Origin: Candidatus Eiseniibacteriota bacterium
GTDB lineage: Bacteria; Eisenbacteria; RBG-16-71-46
DNA: 64,000 bases
Reading direction: 5' to 3'
Assembly: GCA_963707915.1 (NCBI GenBank)
Contig: OY970178.1
Span: forward strand, 3,456,001 to 3,520,000
Every line of letters starts with the position of its first letter. Within the stretch, counting starts at the first letter, position 1. The notes below the pieces were generated by a model. That model was not told where the DNA came from, searched no databases, and worked only from the letters and a program-made list of their open reading frames with translations. This document shows positions 1-10,079 of this stretch, piece by piece. The position numbers and the translations under genes are program-made.

Positions 1-21
1 TGCGAGGAGTGAACGTCTCAT
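1..21 (-). CDS. 5' end of a gene truncated by the window edge (MRRSLLA..., signal-peptide-like start)
   Basis: Minus strand shows GGAGGT Shine-Dalgarno followed by ATG at 21; the frame runs off the window. Confidence 0.55.
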
Positions 22-70
22 GGCCCCACCTCCCGGTTCGGGTACGAGCTCCGACGCTTCGTCATCTCTC

Positions 71-1075
71 CTATGATATCGGCAGTCGCGTGGCCTTCAC
101 CGAGTCCCGAACGGCGCGAAGGTTCTCCGCCGGGGTGCCCGGCGGAATCGAGCATCCCGGGGCGGCGAGCCAGCGGCGCCCTCCGGTCTCGGCCAGCGCA
201 GCGGCATATTCCGCGAGCACGGCCCCCGGGCCGGAGGCCTGCAGGGCACCGTCCTGCGAGATCCCGCCCATCACCGCGGGCGCGATCTGCCCCAGCGCCT
301 CGCGCAGTGTCGGGTTGGTCGGGTCGGTCGTGGCCCACGAGCAGGCCGCCACCGGGTAGTCGGCGAACTCGAACAGCAGGTTCCGGCGCTTGCACACGTG
401 CAGGACGTTGAACGGAGCGTCCGCCGCCGCGGCCAGCACGCGCAAGTCGAAGGGGCGCGCCCAGGCCCGGTGCTGCGCGGGCGTGAGCAGGTCGGCGGAG
501 CCCCAGTCCACGGTGGCGAAGTAGATGCCGTCGGCGCCGGCGCGAAGCAATTCGCGCACGAAGGGCGCGTAGGTGGTCGTCACCGCCTCGAGCGCCCCGC
601 GCACGAGGTCGGGATGCGAGTCGAGGTGCGCGCGCAACTCCTCGGGGGTCTCGACCATCTCGCCCAGCACGGCGAGTGGCGTGAAGACCGTCTCGATGAG
701 GGGCACGTCGGCCGGGAGCGCCCGGCGCAGCAGGCGCACCGCCTCGACCTGCTCACCCAGCGCGCCCGCGGCAGGCGGCTGCGGGGTGATGCGCGCCCAG
801 TCCTCCGGCGCGTGCACCGGCCACGCCTCGAGGGCGGGCTTCACGTCCGGCACGCCCGGGTAGCGGTAGCGCACGCCCCAGGGCTCGACGTGGTAGTGCT
901 TCCGCGGGTTGAGCTTCACCCAGTCCCAGCGGTACTCGCGCCAGGACTCGAGCGTCGCCTCGACCAGGTCGGCCGCGCTGCTCTCGCGGTGGTAGAAGTG
1001 GCCCCAGAAGGAGACCGGTGGCCGGTCCACGGCGCGGCCCTCGAGGGCCGCCAGGACCCGTTCGCGAGACGTCAT
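71..1075 (-). CDS. Uroporphyrinogen decarboxylase (UroD/MetE-like) family protein
   Basis: MTSRERVLAALEG..DRPP start and C-terminal APGCSIPPGTPAENL, typical of the URO-D superfamily; lacks the HemE RQAGR motif. Confidence 0.8.
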   Translation of the reverse strand: MTSRERVLAALEGRAVDRPPVSFWGHFYHRESSAADLVEATLESWREYRWDWVKLNPRKHYHVEPWGVRYRYPGVPDVKPALEAWPVHAPEDWARITPQPPAAGALGEQVEAVRLLRRALPADVPLIETVFTPLAVLGEMVETPEELRAHLDSHPDLVRGALEAVTTTYAPFVRELLRAGADGIYFATVDWGSADLLTPAQHRAWARPFDLRVLAAAADAPFNVLHVCKRRNLLFEFADYPVAACSWATTDPTNPTLREALGQIAPAVMGGISQDGALQASGPGAVLAEYAAALAETGGRRWLAAPGCSIPPGTPAENLRAVRDSVKATRLPIS

Positions 1076-1179
1076 CCAGCCCCCCCACGATGGCCTGGCC
1101 CGAGGCGCGGTTGGACGGCCCGCCCGGCGAGGCCCGGCGGAATGGCTCGGGGCGCGCCCCGACGCCACTCCTCGCTGTC

Positions 1180-1208
1180 ACTCTAGACCCGGGACGGGGA
1201 CGCGACAA
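1180..1208 (-). promoter_or_regulatory. Putative sigma70 promoter for the UroD-family gene
   Basis: Minus-strand TTGTCG-N17-TAGAGT. Confidence 0.45.
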
Positions 1209-1232
1209 GGGCCGGGCGCCGATTCGGGCACT

Positions 1233-1261
1233 TTGCGCCGCGGGGGTCCAACCCGTAGCGT
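1233..1261 (+). promoter_or_regulatory. Putative sigma70 promoter, probably leaderless transcript
   Basis: TTGCGC-N17-TAGCGT ending 6 nt before the ATG at 1268. Confidence 0.5.
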
Positions 1262-1267
1262 TGCAAC

Positions 1268-1873
1268 ATGCGAGGAGATCGAGGCGCGCGCAGCCGAGTC
1301 GGGGTGGCCGGTGTCCTTCTTCCGCTCGCGCTGCTGCTCTCCGGTGGCTGCGCCCGCGACCCGGAGCCCGCGGCCTCGCGTGCCGCTGCCGCCCCGCTCG
1401 CGGTGAACGTCTACGCGGACACCGGCCGCGGTGGCCCGCTCGACGTGCGTCCCCCCGCCGCCCGCGTCTGGCTGCAGAGCGTCACGCCGGCGCGCCTGCC
1501 GGCGCCCTCGCCCGAGCTGCCCGAGGCGCCGCCCGACAGCCAGCCGCCGTCGGACGAGGCGCCGCCCGGGCTCGCGGTGAACCCGGGGCTCCAGCCGCCG
1601 GTGCTGCGCGTGCCCGGGACGCTGACCCTGCCGCCCGGCTGGAGCGGCCCGCGGGCGAGCGTGGACCTGGACGTGCGCGTGGACGAATCGGGCCGCGTGA
1701 CCGACGCGCTCCCGGTCGCGGCGGACCGCGACTCGGCCGCGCTCGACGGCGGGCTGGCCGCGGCGGCGCGCCGCTGCGCGCTCGGGATGCGCTTCTACCC
1801 GGCGCTGCGGGCCGGGCGGGCCGTGCCGGTGTGGTGCCGGCAGCGCTTCGACTTCGCGGGGGCGCGACGATGA
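1268..1873 (+). CDS. TonB C-terminal-domain-like putative lipoprotein
   Basis: Lipobox-like LSGGC, Pro-rich linker, and V.VDESGRVTDA...RFYPA...G.AV...RFDF TonB_C pattern. Confidence 0.65.
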   Translation: MRGDRGARSRVGVAGVLLPLALLLSGGCARDPEPAASRAAAAPLAVNVYADTGRGGPLDVRPPAARVWLQSVTPARLPAPSPELPEAPPDSQPPSDEAPPGLAVNPGLQPPVLRVPGTLTLPPGWSGPRASVDLDVRVDESGRVTDALPVAADRDSAALDGGLAAAARRCALGMRFYPALRAGRAVPVWCRQRFDFAGARR

Positions 1874-3720
1874 GCCGTCGCCGCGCTCCCTGGCTTGGCC
1901 CGGCGTTCGCCCTGGGCGCGGTGGCGGCGCTGGCCGCGATCGTGCTCGCGCTCTCGGGCCAGGGCTGCGACCTGCTCGATCCCTCGCGGCGCCTGGTGCG
2001 GGAGAGCATCCGCGAGCAGCTCACCGCCCGCCGCAGCGCGCGGCGTTGGTTCCGGCGCTCGCCCGAGCGCGCGCTGGTCGGCAACTACGACATCGCCCCG
2101 ATGGTGGTGCGCTTCTACGAGCGCCGCGGGTTCAACGCCGCGTGGAGCGCGCGGCGGAGCCTGGAGGCCGAGGCCCTGCGACTGGCCGACGCGCTGGACG
2201 CCGCTCCGCGCGAGGGCCTCGAGTCCGGGGACGCCCAGGCCGGCGAGGTGCGCGCGCGCATCGCGGCCCTGGTCTCCGCCCGCGGCCCGCTCGGTCGCCG
2301 GCCCGAGCCGCGCCTGCTGGCCGACACCGACATCCTGCTGACGCGCTCGTTCCTCAAGCACGCCGCGCACCTGCACACCGGGCTCGTCGACCCGACGCGG
2401 CTGCCCGCGGACTGGCACCTGGGCCCGCGGCGCGCGGACCTGGTGGAGGTGCTCGAGCAGGCGCTCGCCACGCGCGACGTGGCCGGCGCGCTCGCGCGCC
2501 TCGAGCCGGCGCAGCCGGGCTACGCGGCGCTGCGCGGGTTGCTCGAGCGCTACCGCGGAATCGCCCGCGCGGGCGGGTGGCCGGTCGTGCCGCCCGGCGC
2601 GCCGCTGCGGCGCGGGAGCGCGGGCGAGCGCGTGCGCGTCCTGCGGGCGCGGCTGGCCGCCGAGGGCGATCTCGACCGCGCCCGCGCGGGCGGCGCCACG
2701 TTCGATGCCGCGCTGGCGGCGGCCGTCCGGCGCTTCCAGGCGCGCCACGGGCTCGACACCACCGGGGTGGTGGGCGAGCGCGACCGGGTGGAACTGGCGG
2801 TGCCGGTGGCGGCGCGCATCCGGCAGATCGCGCTCAACCTGGAACGCTGGCGGTGGCTGCCCGCCAGCCTCGGCGGGCGCCACCTGCTGGTGAACATCCC
2901 CGGCTTCACGCTCGAGGCGCGCGAGGGGGACCGCGCCGTGCTGACCATGCGCGTCATCGTCGGCAGGGAGATGAGCCGCACGCCGATGTTCAGCGACTCG
3001 ATCACTTACCTGGTCTTCAACCCGGTGTGGGAGCTGCCGGTCGAGATCGCGAAGAACGAGGTGCTGCCCGCGATCCAGAAGGACCCCGAGTACCTGGCGA
3101 AGAACCACCTGCGCCTCTACGAGCGGCACGGCCGCCGCCCGCGCGAGGTGGACCCCGCGCAGGTGGACTGGAGCAAGGTCACGCCGGAGGAGTTCGGCTT
3201 CGCGGTCAAGCAGGACCCCGGGCCCGAGAACTCGATCGGCCACGTGAAGTTCATGTGCCCGAACCAGTTCGCGGTCTACCTGCACGACACGCCGGCCGGG
3301 CGCCTGTTCACGGCGACCGAGCGCGATTACAGCCACGGCTGCGTGCGCGTCGAGCGACCGCTCGAACTGGCGCTGTACCTGCTGCGCGGCAAGGCCGGCT
3401 GGGACTCGGTGCGGATCGCGGCCGCGTTCGACACGCTGCGGAACAAGGTGGTGCAGCTGCCAGAGCCGGTGCCGGTCCACATCCTCTACTGGACGACCTG
3501 GGTGGACGACCACGGCGTGGCCCAGTTCCGGCGCGATGTCTACGCCGTGGACAGCCTGCTCGCCGACGCGTTCAGCCACGCGCGCCGCCGGCCCGCGGCC
3601 ACGCTCGAATGGGCGCGGATCCGCCCGCCGGACTCGGCGGGCGCGGTGCCACGCCCGCGCGCCGGCCCGCTGTCGGGACCGGGGAACGCGGCGCTTCCCG
3701 CCGGACCGGCTCGCCGTTGA
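1870..3720 (+). CDS. L,D-transpeptidase, YcbB/LdtD-type (scaffold + PG-binding + YkuD)
   Basis: AVRRFQARHGL PG-binding motif; NLERWRWLP; VYLHDTP...SHGCVRV catalytic motif; ATGA overlap with the upstream gene. Confidence 0.9.
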   Translation: MSRRRAPWLGPAFALGAVAALAAIVLALSGQGCDLLDPSRRLVRESIREQLTARRSARRWFRRSPERALVGNYDIAPMVVRFYERRGFNAAWSARRSLEAEALRLADALDAAPREGLESGDAQAGEVRARIAALVSARGPLGRRPEPRLLADTDILLTRSFLKHAAHLHTGLVDPTRLPADWHLGPRRADLVEVLEQALATRDVAGALARLEPAQPGYAALRGLLERYRGIARAGGWPVVPPGAPLRRGSAGERVRVLRARLAAEGDLDRARAGGATFDAALAAAVRRFQARHGLDTTGVVGERDRVELAVPVAARIRQIALNLERWRWLPASLGGRHLLVNIPGFTLEAREGDRAVLTMRVIVGREMSRTPMFSDSITYLVFNPVWELPVEIAKNEVLPAIQKDPEYLAKNHLRLYERHGRRPREVDPAQVDWSKVTPEEFGFAVKQDPGPENSIGHVKFMCPNQFAVYLHDTPAGRLFTATERDYSHGCVRVERPLELALYLLRGKAGWDSVRIAAAFDTLRNKVVQLPEPVPVHILYWTTWVDDHGVAQFRRDVYAVDSLLADAFSHARRRPAATLEWARIRPPDSAGAVPRPRAGPLSGPGNAALPAGPARR

Positions 3721-3745
3721 CCCCCTCGCGGCAGCGGTGTAGCGT
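3717..3745 (+). promoter_or_regulatory. Putative sigma70 promoter for the heptose genes
   Basis: TTGACC-N17-TAGCGT. Confidence 0.55.
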
Positions 3746-3755
3746 GCCGCGCCGT

Positions 3756-4757
3756 ATGCCCACGCCTCCCTTCGACGTCGCGGCCCTCGAGGCCATCGTC
3801 GCGCGTTTCGCCGGGCGCCGCATCGCCGTGCTGGGCGACTGCATGCTGGACCGCTACCTGTGGGGCCGGGTCGAGCGCATCTCGCCCGAGGCCCCCGTGC
3901 CGGTGGTCGAGGTCGAGCGCGAGAGCAGCACGCTGGGCGGCGCGGGCAACGTCGCCGCCAACCTGCGCGCGCTCGGCGCTGCGCCCCTGCTGCTCGGAGT
4001 GGTGGGCGAGGACGACGACGGGCGGCGGTTGCGCGAGGCCTTCGCCGCGCGCGGGCTCGACCTCGGCGGCGTGGTGACGGACGCCGCGCGGCCCACCACG
4101 GTCAAGACCCGCATCGTCGCCCACGCCCAGCAGGTGGTGCGCGCCGACCGCGAGTCCCGTGCCGACCTCTCGGGCGCGGCGCTCGCGCGCCTGCTCGAGG
4201 TCGTCGAGCGCGAGGTGCCCGGCTGCGAGGGGCTGGTGGTGAGCGACTACGGCAAGGGCGTGATCCACCCCGGCACCCTCGCGCCCGCCCTGGCCGCCGC
4301 GGGGCGCGCGGGCTGCGCGGTGAGCGTGGACCCCAAGGAGAGCCACATCGACGCCTACCGCGGGGTGAGCATCCTGACGCCCAACCAGCTCGAGGCCGGC
4401 TGGGTGCAGGGCCGCCGCGTGACCGACGAGGCGAGCCTGATGGCGGTGGGCTGGGGGCTCCAGCGGCGGCTCGACGCCGCGGCCGTGCTGGTGACGCGGG
4501 GCGCGGACGGCATGAGCCTGTTCGAGCGCGGCGGCCGCTACACCCACCTGCCGACCGTGGCGCGCGAGGTCTACGACGTGACCGGCGCGGGCGACACGGT
4601 GGTGAGCGTCGTGGCCCTGGCGCTGGCGGCCGGGGCCGGCTTCCCCGAGGCCTGCCTGCTCGCCAACCACGCCGCCGGCGTCGTCATCCGCGAGGTCGGC
4701 ACGGCGTCCTGCACGCGGGAGCAGTTGCTCGCCTCGATCGCGGGCGCGGGGTCGTGA
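3756..4757 (+). CDS. rfaE1: D-glycero-beta-D-manno-heptose-7-phosphate kinase (HldE kinase half)
   Basis: GDCMLDRYLWG.V.RISPEAPVPV, GGAGNVA, SDYGKG, DVTGAGDT motifs. Confidence 0.92.
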   Translation: MPTPPFDVAALEAIVARFAGRRIAVLGDCMLDRYLWGRVERISPEAPVPVVEVERESSTLGGAGNVAANLRALGAAPLLLGVVGEDDDGRRLREAFAARGLDLGGVVTDAARPTTVKTRIVAHAQQVVRADRESRADLSGAALARLLEVVEREVPGCEGLVVSDYGKGVIHPGTLAPALAAAGRAGCAVSVDPKESHIDAYRGVSILTPNQLEAGWVQGRRVTDEASLMAVGWGLQRRLDAAAVLVTRGADGMSLFERGGRYTHLPTVAREVYDVTGAGDTVVSVVALALAAGAGFPEACLLANHAAGVVIREVGTASCTREQLLASIAGAGS

Positions 4758-5245
4758 GCGCGGACGGCCCGCTGGCCGACGAGGCCCGGCGCGCGCTGGC
4801 CGCGTGGCGCGCGGCGGGCGACCGCGTGGTCTTCACCAACGGCGTCTTCGACCTGCTGCACCGCGGCCACGCCGAGTACCTCGCGGCGGCCCGCGCGCTG
4901 GGGGACCGGCTCGTGGTCGGGGTCAACTCCGACGCCTCGGTGCGGCGCCTGAAGGGCCCGGCCCGGCCCATCGTGGCGGCCGCGGACCGCGCTGCCCTGC
5001 TCGAGGCGCTCGCCTGCGTGGACCTCGCGGCGGTCTTCGACGAGGACACGCCCGCGCGCCTGATCGAGGCGGTGCGTCCCGACGTGCTGGTGAAGGGGGG
5101 CGACTGGGCGGTGGAGCGGATCGTCGGCCGCGAGTTCGTCGAGTCGTACGGCGGCCGGGTGCTCAGCCTGCCGCTGCGCCAGGGCTGCGGCACCTCCGTG
5201 CTGGTCGAGCGCATCCGCGCCGGGCGGAGCGCGCTGGAGCCGTGA
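4754..5245 (+). CDS. rfaE2: D-glycero-beta-D-manno-heptose 1-phosphate adenylyltransferase (HldE transferase half)
   Basis: VFTNGVFDLLHRGH, VGVNSDASVRRLKG, VKGGDW; GTGA overlap. Confidence 0.92.
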   Translation: MSADGPLADEARRALAAWRAAGDRVVFTNGVFDLLHRGHAEYLAAARALGDRLVVGVNSDASVRRLKGPARPIVAAADRAALLEALACVDLAAVFDEDTPARLIEAVRPDVLVKGGDWAVERIVGREFVESYGGRVLSLPLRQGCGTSVLVERIRAGRSALEP

Positions 5246-5324
5246 GCGCCGCGCGGAGGGCGCCCGGCCCGGCCCCGGCCGGCCGGCCCGCCGCGCGGGG
5301 CACCCGCTCGAGCCGGGCCCGCCG

Positions 5325-6092
5325 GTGAGCGCGCCGACCGCCACCGGCGCGCCCGCGAAGCGCGCCATCGTCGTCGGCGCGTCTTCGGGCATCGGCCGCG
5401 CACTCGCGCTGCGGCTGGCCCGCGAGGGCTACGTCGTCGGCCTCACCGCCCGGCGCCTGCCCCTGCTGATGGAGTTGCAGGCGGAGATCGGGCGCCGCGG
5501 CCCCGGCTCCGCCGCGTGCCCGGTCAGGCAGATGGACGTCTCGGACACCGCCCGGGCGAGGGCGCAGTTGGAGGAGCTCATCGCGGAGCTGGGCGGCGTG
5601 GACCTGGTGGTGGTCAACGCCGGGACGGGGCACGTCAACCCCGGGCTCGACTGGGGACCCGAGGCGGAGACCATCGGGGTGAACGTGCTGGGCTTCGCCG
5701 CCATGGCCAACGTCGCCTACCGCCACTTCGTCGGACGCGGCGCCGGGCACCTGGTCGGCATCTCGTCGATCGCCGCCCTGCGCGGCAGCGGGGTGGCGCC
5801 GGCCTACAACGCCTCGAAGGCGTTCGTGTCGACCTACCTCGACGGGCTGCGTCACCAGCTGGCCCGGCTCCGCTCGCCGGTCGCGGTCACGGATGTCCAG
5901 CCCGGGTTCGTGCGCACCGCGATGGCGCAGGGGCCGCACGTCTTCTGGGCGGCCTCGCCGGAGAAGGCGGCGGAGCAGATCTGGCAGGCCATCCGCCGTC
6001 GCCGCAAGCGGGTGATCGTCACCCGCCGCTGGCGGCTGATCGCCTGGCTGATGAGGATCGTGCCCGACGCGGTGTACCACCGCCTCGGGTGA
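5325..6092 (+). CDS. SDR family oxidoreductase
   Basis: GASSGIG, VNAG, YNASK motifs. Confidence 0.9.
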   Translation: MSAPTATGAPAKRAIVVGASSGIGRALALRLAREGYVVGLTARRLPLLMELQAEIGRRGPGSAACPVRQMDVSDTARARAQLEELIAELGGVDLVVVNAGTGHVNPGLDWGPEAETIGVNVLGFAAMANVAYRHFVGRGAGHLVGISSIAALRGSGVAPAYNASKAFVSTYLDGLRHQLARLRSPVAVTDVQPGFVRTAMAQGPHVFWAASPEKAAEQIWQAIRRRRKRVIVTRRWRLIAWLMRIVPDAVYHRLG

Positions 6093-6110
6093 GGCGGTCC
6101 GCCGCGTCGC

Positions 6111-6139
6111 TTGCTTTGCGCCCGCCATCCGGTTAGCGT
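6111..6139 (+). promoter_or_regulatory. Putative sigma70 promoter for ALDH-sucCD-ndk
   Basis: TTGCTT-N17-TAGCGT. Confidence 0.5.
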
Positions 6140-6235
6140 ATCCCGTCCTTTTCTGGGGGTGCCCTCCGTGGGGCGCTCCCCTTCCCCGTGTCCGCAGTAC
6201 GGAACGGGTCCCTCGGCCGAGACGGGATCCACGCC

Positions 6236-7720
6236 ATGGCGCAGACGTTCCAGAACCACATCGGTGGGCGCTGGGTACCGGCGCGTTCGGGCCGGACCTT
6301 CGCCAACTCGAACCCCGCCACCGGCGAGGTCCTGGGCGAGTTCCCGCTCTCCGGCCCCGAGGACGTCAACGACGCGGTCGAGGCGGCGGCGCGGGCCTAC
6401 TCCGCGTGGCGGCTCACGCCCGCCCCGCGGCGGGCCGAGATCCTGTTCCGGGCCGGCGAGATCATGCGTGCGCGCAAGCCGGAGCTGGCCCGTGCGATGA
6501 CCCGCGAGATGGGCAAGGTGCTGGCCGAGGCCGGCGGGGACGTGCAGGAAGGCATCGATATGGCCTTCCACGCGGCGGGCGAGGGGCGGCGCCTGCACGG
6601 CGTCACCACGCCGAGCGAGATGCACGACAAGTGGGCGATGTCGGTGCGCGTGCCGATCGGCGTGACCGGCGTCATCACCCCCTGGAACTTCCCGCTCGCC
6701 ATCCCGGCCTGGAAGCTGATGCCCGCGCTGGTGGCGGGCAACACCGCGGTCTTCAAGCCGGCGACCGACACCCCGGAGATGGCCTGGCACCTGGCGGGCA
6801 TCCTCGAGCAGGCCGGGCTGCCGGCGGGCGTGCTGAACCTGGTCTTCGGCGGCGGCGCGCAGGTCGGCGACCCGCTGGTGGCCGACCCGCGCGTGCCGGC
6901 CGTCTCGTTCACCGGCTCGACCGAGGTCGGGCTCGGCATCTCGCAGCGCGCCGGGGCGCTGGGCAAGCGCGTGGCGCTCGAGATGGGCGGCAAGAACGCG
7001 GTGATCGTGATGGACGACGCCGACCTGGCGCTGGCGACCGAGGCGATCCTGTGGAGCGCCTTCGGCACGACCGGCCAGCGCTGCACCGCGTGCAGCCGCG
7101 TGCTGGCGCACGAGCGCGTGCACGACGAGCTGGTGCAGCGGCTGGCGGACGGCGCGCGCGGCCTCCGGCTGGGCGACGGCCTCGATCCCGCGACCCAGGT
7201 CGGGCCGCTGGTCAACCGCGCGCAGGTCGAGCGCGTCGAGCGCTACGTCCGGGTCGGCTTCGACGGGGGCGCGAAGCTGGTGGCGGGCGGCGTGCCGGCC
7301 GCCGAGGGGGCGCTGGCGAAGGGGTTCTTCTACCGGCCCACGGTGTTCGCCGGCGTGCGCCCCGACGCGCGCATCGCGGTCGAGGAGATCTTCGGCCCGG
7401 TGCTGTCCGTGGTGCAGGTCAAGGACTTCGCGGAGGCCGTGCAGGTCAACAACGCCTCGCGTTTCGGTCTCTCGTCGTCCATCTTCACGCGCGACGTGAA
7501 TCGCGCCTTCGCCGCGATGCGCGACCTCGACACCGGCATCGTCTACGTGAACCACGGCACGACCGGGGCGGAGATCCACCTGCCGTTCGGGGGCATGCGC
7601 GGCACGGGCAACGGACACCGCGAGGCCGGGCACACGCTGCTCGACCCGTTCACCGAGTGGAAGAGCATCTACGTGGACTTCAGCGGTCGGCTGCAGCGGG
7701 CGCAGATCGACATCGATTAG
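6236..7720 (+). CDS. Aldehyde dehydrogenase family protein
   Basis: ITPWNFP, FTGS, LEMGGKN, GQRCT, EEIFGPV, PFGG motifs. Confidence 0.93.
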   Translation: MAQTFQNHIGGRWVPARSGRTFANSNPATGEVLGEFPLSGPEDVNDAVEAAARAYSAWRLTPAPRRAEILFRAGEIMRARKPELARAMTREMGKVLAEAGGDVQEGIDMAFHAAGEGRRLHGVTTPSEMHDKWAMSVRVPIGVTGVITPWNFPLAIPAWKLMPALVAGNTAVFKPATDTPEMAWHLAGILEQAGLPAGVLNLVFGGGAQVGDPLVADPRVPAVSFTGSTEVGLGISQRAGALGKRVALEMGGKNAVIVMDDADLALATEAILWSAFGTTGQRCTACSRVLAHERVHDELVQRLADGARGLRLGDGLDPATQVGPLVNRAQVERVERYVRVGFDGGAKLVAGGVPAAEGALAKGFFYRPTVFAGVRPDARIAVEEIFGPVLSVVQVKDFAEAVQVNNASRFGLSSSIFTRDVNRAFAAMRDLDTGIVYVNHGTTGAEIHLPFGGMRGTGNGHREAGHTLLDPFTEWKSIYVDFSGRLQRAQIDID

Positions 7721-7789
7721 GCACCGAGCCACAGGCGGGTCGCGCGCAGCGGGCCCGGGACCGACAACGCCCACCACACGGGGGCCGAG

Positions 7790-8935
7790 ATGAACCTTCA
7801 CGAGTACCAGGCCAAGGAACTGTTCGCGCGCTACGGGCTGCCGGTGCTGCCGGGGCAGGTGGCGACCACGCCCGAGGAGGCCGGCGACATCGCGGCCTCG
7901 CTGGGCGGCACGGTGGTGATCAAGGCGCAGGTGCTGGTGGGCGGGCGCGGCAAGGCCGGCGGCGTGAAGCTGGCGCACTCGCCCGGCGAGGCGATCGAGA
8001 AGGCCCGCGACATCCTGGCGCTCACCATCAAGGGCCTGCCGGTGCGCAAGGTCCTGGTGACCCGGGCCGCCGACATCGCGCGCGAGCTGTACCTTTCCAT
8101 CCTGCTCGACCGCAGCCGCAAACTGCCGCTGGTCATGCTCTCGGCCGAGGGTGGCGTGGACATCGAGGAGGTCGCGCGCACCGCGCCGGAGAAGATCATC
8201 AAGTGGCCGCTCCCGCTCGACGGTCCGCGGCCCTACCAGGCGCGCGCCCTGTTCAAGCCGCTGCTGAAGGACGGCCGGCAGGTCCAGCAGGCGGCCGAAA
8301 TCCTGATGAAGCTCTGGCGAGTCTGGTCCGACGGTGACTGCCAGCTGGCCGAGATCAACCCGCTCGCGGTCACCCCCGAGGGCAAGGTCCTGGCGCTCGA
8401 CGCCAAGGTCTCGCTCGACGACAACGCCGACATCCGCCACCGCGACTGGGAGAACTGGCGCGACCCGGCCGACGAGACGCCCGGGCAGCGGCTGGCGCGC
8501 GAGAAGGGGCTCTCGTACGTCAAGCTGGACGGCGACATCGGCTGCGTGGTGAACGGCGCCGGGCTGGCGATGGCGACGATGGACCTGATCAAGCACTACG
8601 GCGGCGAGCCGGCCAACTTCCTCGACATCGGTGGCTCCTCGAGCCCCGAGAAGGTGACCGCCGCGCTGCGCATCATCACGGGCGAGCCGAAGTCGCGGGT
8701 CCGCGCCATCCTCTTCAACATCTTCGGCGGCATCACCCGCTGCGACGACGTGGCGAACGGCATCGTGCGTTCGCTGCAGGAGTCGCCGCTCGGCGTGCCG
8801 CTGGTGATCCGGCTCACCGGCACCAACGACGAGGTGGCCCGCAAGATCCTCGCGGACAACGGCCTGTCGGCCACCACCAGCATGGACGAAGGCGTGCGCA
8901 CCGTGATCGCCCGGGCGCAGGAGGTGACGGCGTGA
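7790..8935 (+). CDS. sucC: Succinyl-CoA synthetase beta subunit
   Basis: [46 protein letters not shown]. Confidence 0.97.
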   Translation: MNLHEYQAKELFARYGLPVLPGQVATTPEEAGDIAASLGGTVVIKAQVLVGGRGKAGGVKLAHSPGEAIEKARDILALTIKGLPVRKVLVTRAADIARELYLSILLDRSRKLPLVMLSAEGGVDIEEVARTAPEKIIKWPLPLDGPRPYQARALFKPLLKDGRQVQQAAEILMKLWRVWSDGDCQLAEINPLAVTPEGKVLALDAKVSLDDNADIRHRDWENWRDPADETPGQRLAREKGLSYVKLDGDIGCVVNGAGLAMATMDLIKHYGGEPANFLDIGGSSSPEKVTAALRIITGEPKSRVRAILFNIFGGITRCDDVANGIVRSLQESPLGVPLVIRLTGTNDEVARKILADNGLSATTSMDEGVRTVIARAQEVTA

Positions 8936-10020
8936 GCATCCTGATCGACAAGAGCACCCGCCTGGTCGTGCAGGGCATCACCGGACGCGACGGTGCGTTC
9001 CACACGCGGCAGATGCTGGACTACGGGACCCGGGTGGTGGCGGGCAGCACGCCGGGCAAGGGGGGCGAGGTCGTCCACGGCGTGCCGGTCTTCGACAGCG
9101 TGGCCGAGGCGGTCGCCGCCACGAAGGCCAACGCCTCGGTGATCTACGTGCCGTCGGCGTTCGCGGCCGACGCCATCTTCGAGGCCGCCGACGCGGGCGT
9201 GGGCCTCATCGTCTGCATCACCGAGGGCCTGCCGGTGCGCGACGCGCTGGCGGCCTGGCACCACGTGGCGGACCTGCGCGAGCGGGGCACCAACGGCAAG
9301 CCGCGGCTGCTGGGCCCCAACTGCCCCGGGCTGATCAGCCCCGGGCTGAGCAAGGTGGGCATCCTGCCCGGCCGCATCACGCGGCCCGGGCCGGTCGGCG
9401 TGATCTCGCGCAGCGGGACGCTGACCTACGAGGTCGTCCAGCAGCTCACCCACGCCGGTCTCGGCCAGACCACCTGCCTGGGGATCGGCGGTGACCCGGT
9501 CATCGGCACCAACTTCATCGACGCGCTGACGCTCTTCGAGGCCGACCCGAAGACCGAGGCCATCGTCCTGATCGGGGAGATCGGCGGCACCGACGAGGAG
9601 GAGGCGGCGCTGTTCATCAAGCGCCGCGTGAGCAAGCCGGTGGTGGCCTTCATCGCCGGGCAGACCGCGCCTCCGGGCAAGCGCATGGGGCACGCCGGGG
9701 CGATCATCGCCGGCGGCACCGGCACCGCGGCCGAGAAGATGGCGGCCTTCGCGGCGGTGGGCGTGCCGGTGGCGCGGATCCCCTCGGAGATCCCCGGCCT
9801 GATCGCCGGGGCACTGGGTCGCAGGCGTTCGCACGGGGCACGGGTGACGCCGGGCCGGGCGGGCCGGAAGGCGGCAGCCCCGGCGAGGAAGCCGGCGCGC
9901 AAGGCGAAGTCCGCGGGCGTGCGCGGCAAGGCCGCGGCACGTCCCGCACGCAAGCCCGTGCCGGCGGCACGGAAGAAGGCGTCCCTCGGCAAGGGGGCGC
10001 GGAGCCGTCGGTCGCGCTGA
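8932..10020 (+). CDS. sucD: Succinyl-CoA synthetase alpha subunit with basic C-terminal extension
   Basis: [27 protein letters not shown] phospho-His motif. Confidence 0.97.
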   Translation: MSILIDKSTRLVVQGITGRDGAFHTRQMLDYGTRVVAGSTPGKGGEVVHGVPVFDSVAEAVAATKANASVIYVPSAFAADAIFEAADAGVGLIVCITEGLPVRDALAAWHHVADLRERGTNGKPRLLGPNCPGLISPGLSKVGILPGRITRPGPVGVISRSGTLTYEVVQQLTHAGLGQTTCLGIGGDPVIGTNFIDALTLFEADPKTEAIVLIGEIGGTDEEEAALFIKRRVSKPVVAFIAGQTAPPGKRMGHAGAIIAGGTGTAAEKMAAFAAVGVPVARIPSEIPGLIAGALGRRRSHGARVTPGRAGRKAAAPARKPARKAKSAGVRGKAAARPARKPVPAARKKASLGKGARSRRSR

Positions 10021-10079
10021 ACCACCGAACACGACCCCGGGCGCGGCACGAAGGCCCGGGTCTACCCAAGGAGTCGAAA

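Noticed and set aside
1018..4757. Apparent 900-aa fusion ORFs (1018-3720, 2046-4757; also 26199-28532, 45116-47221, 46099-47745, 51460-53106)
   Set aside because: N-terminal parts are off-frame read-through of upstream genes; real starts lie at overlapping ATGA/GTGA junctions or after clear RBSs.
3756..5245. Split HldE as a frameshifted pseudogene
   Set aside because: Separate kinase and adenylyltransferase genes are common; both halves are intact with a normal GTGA overlap.
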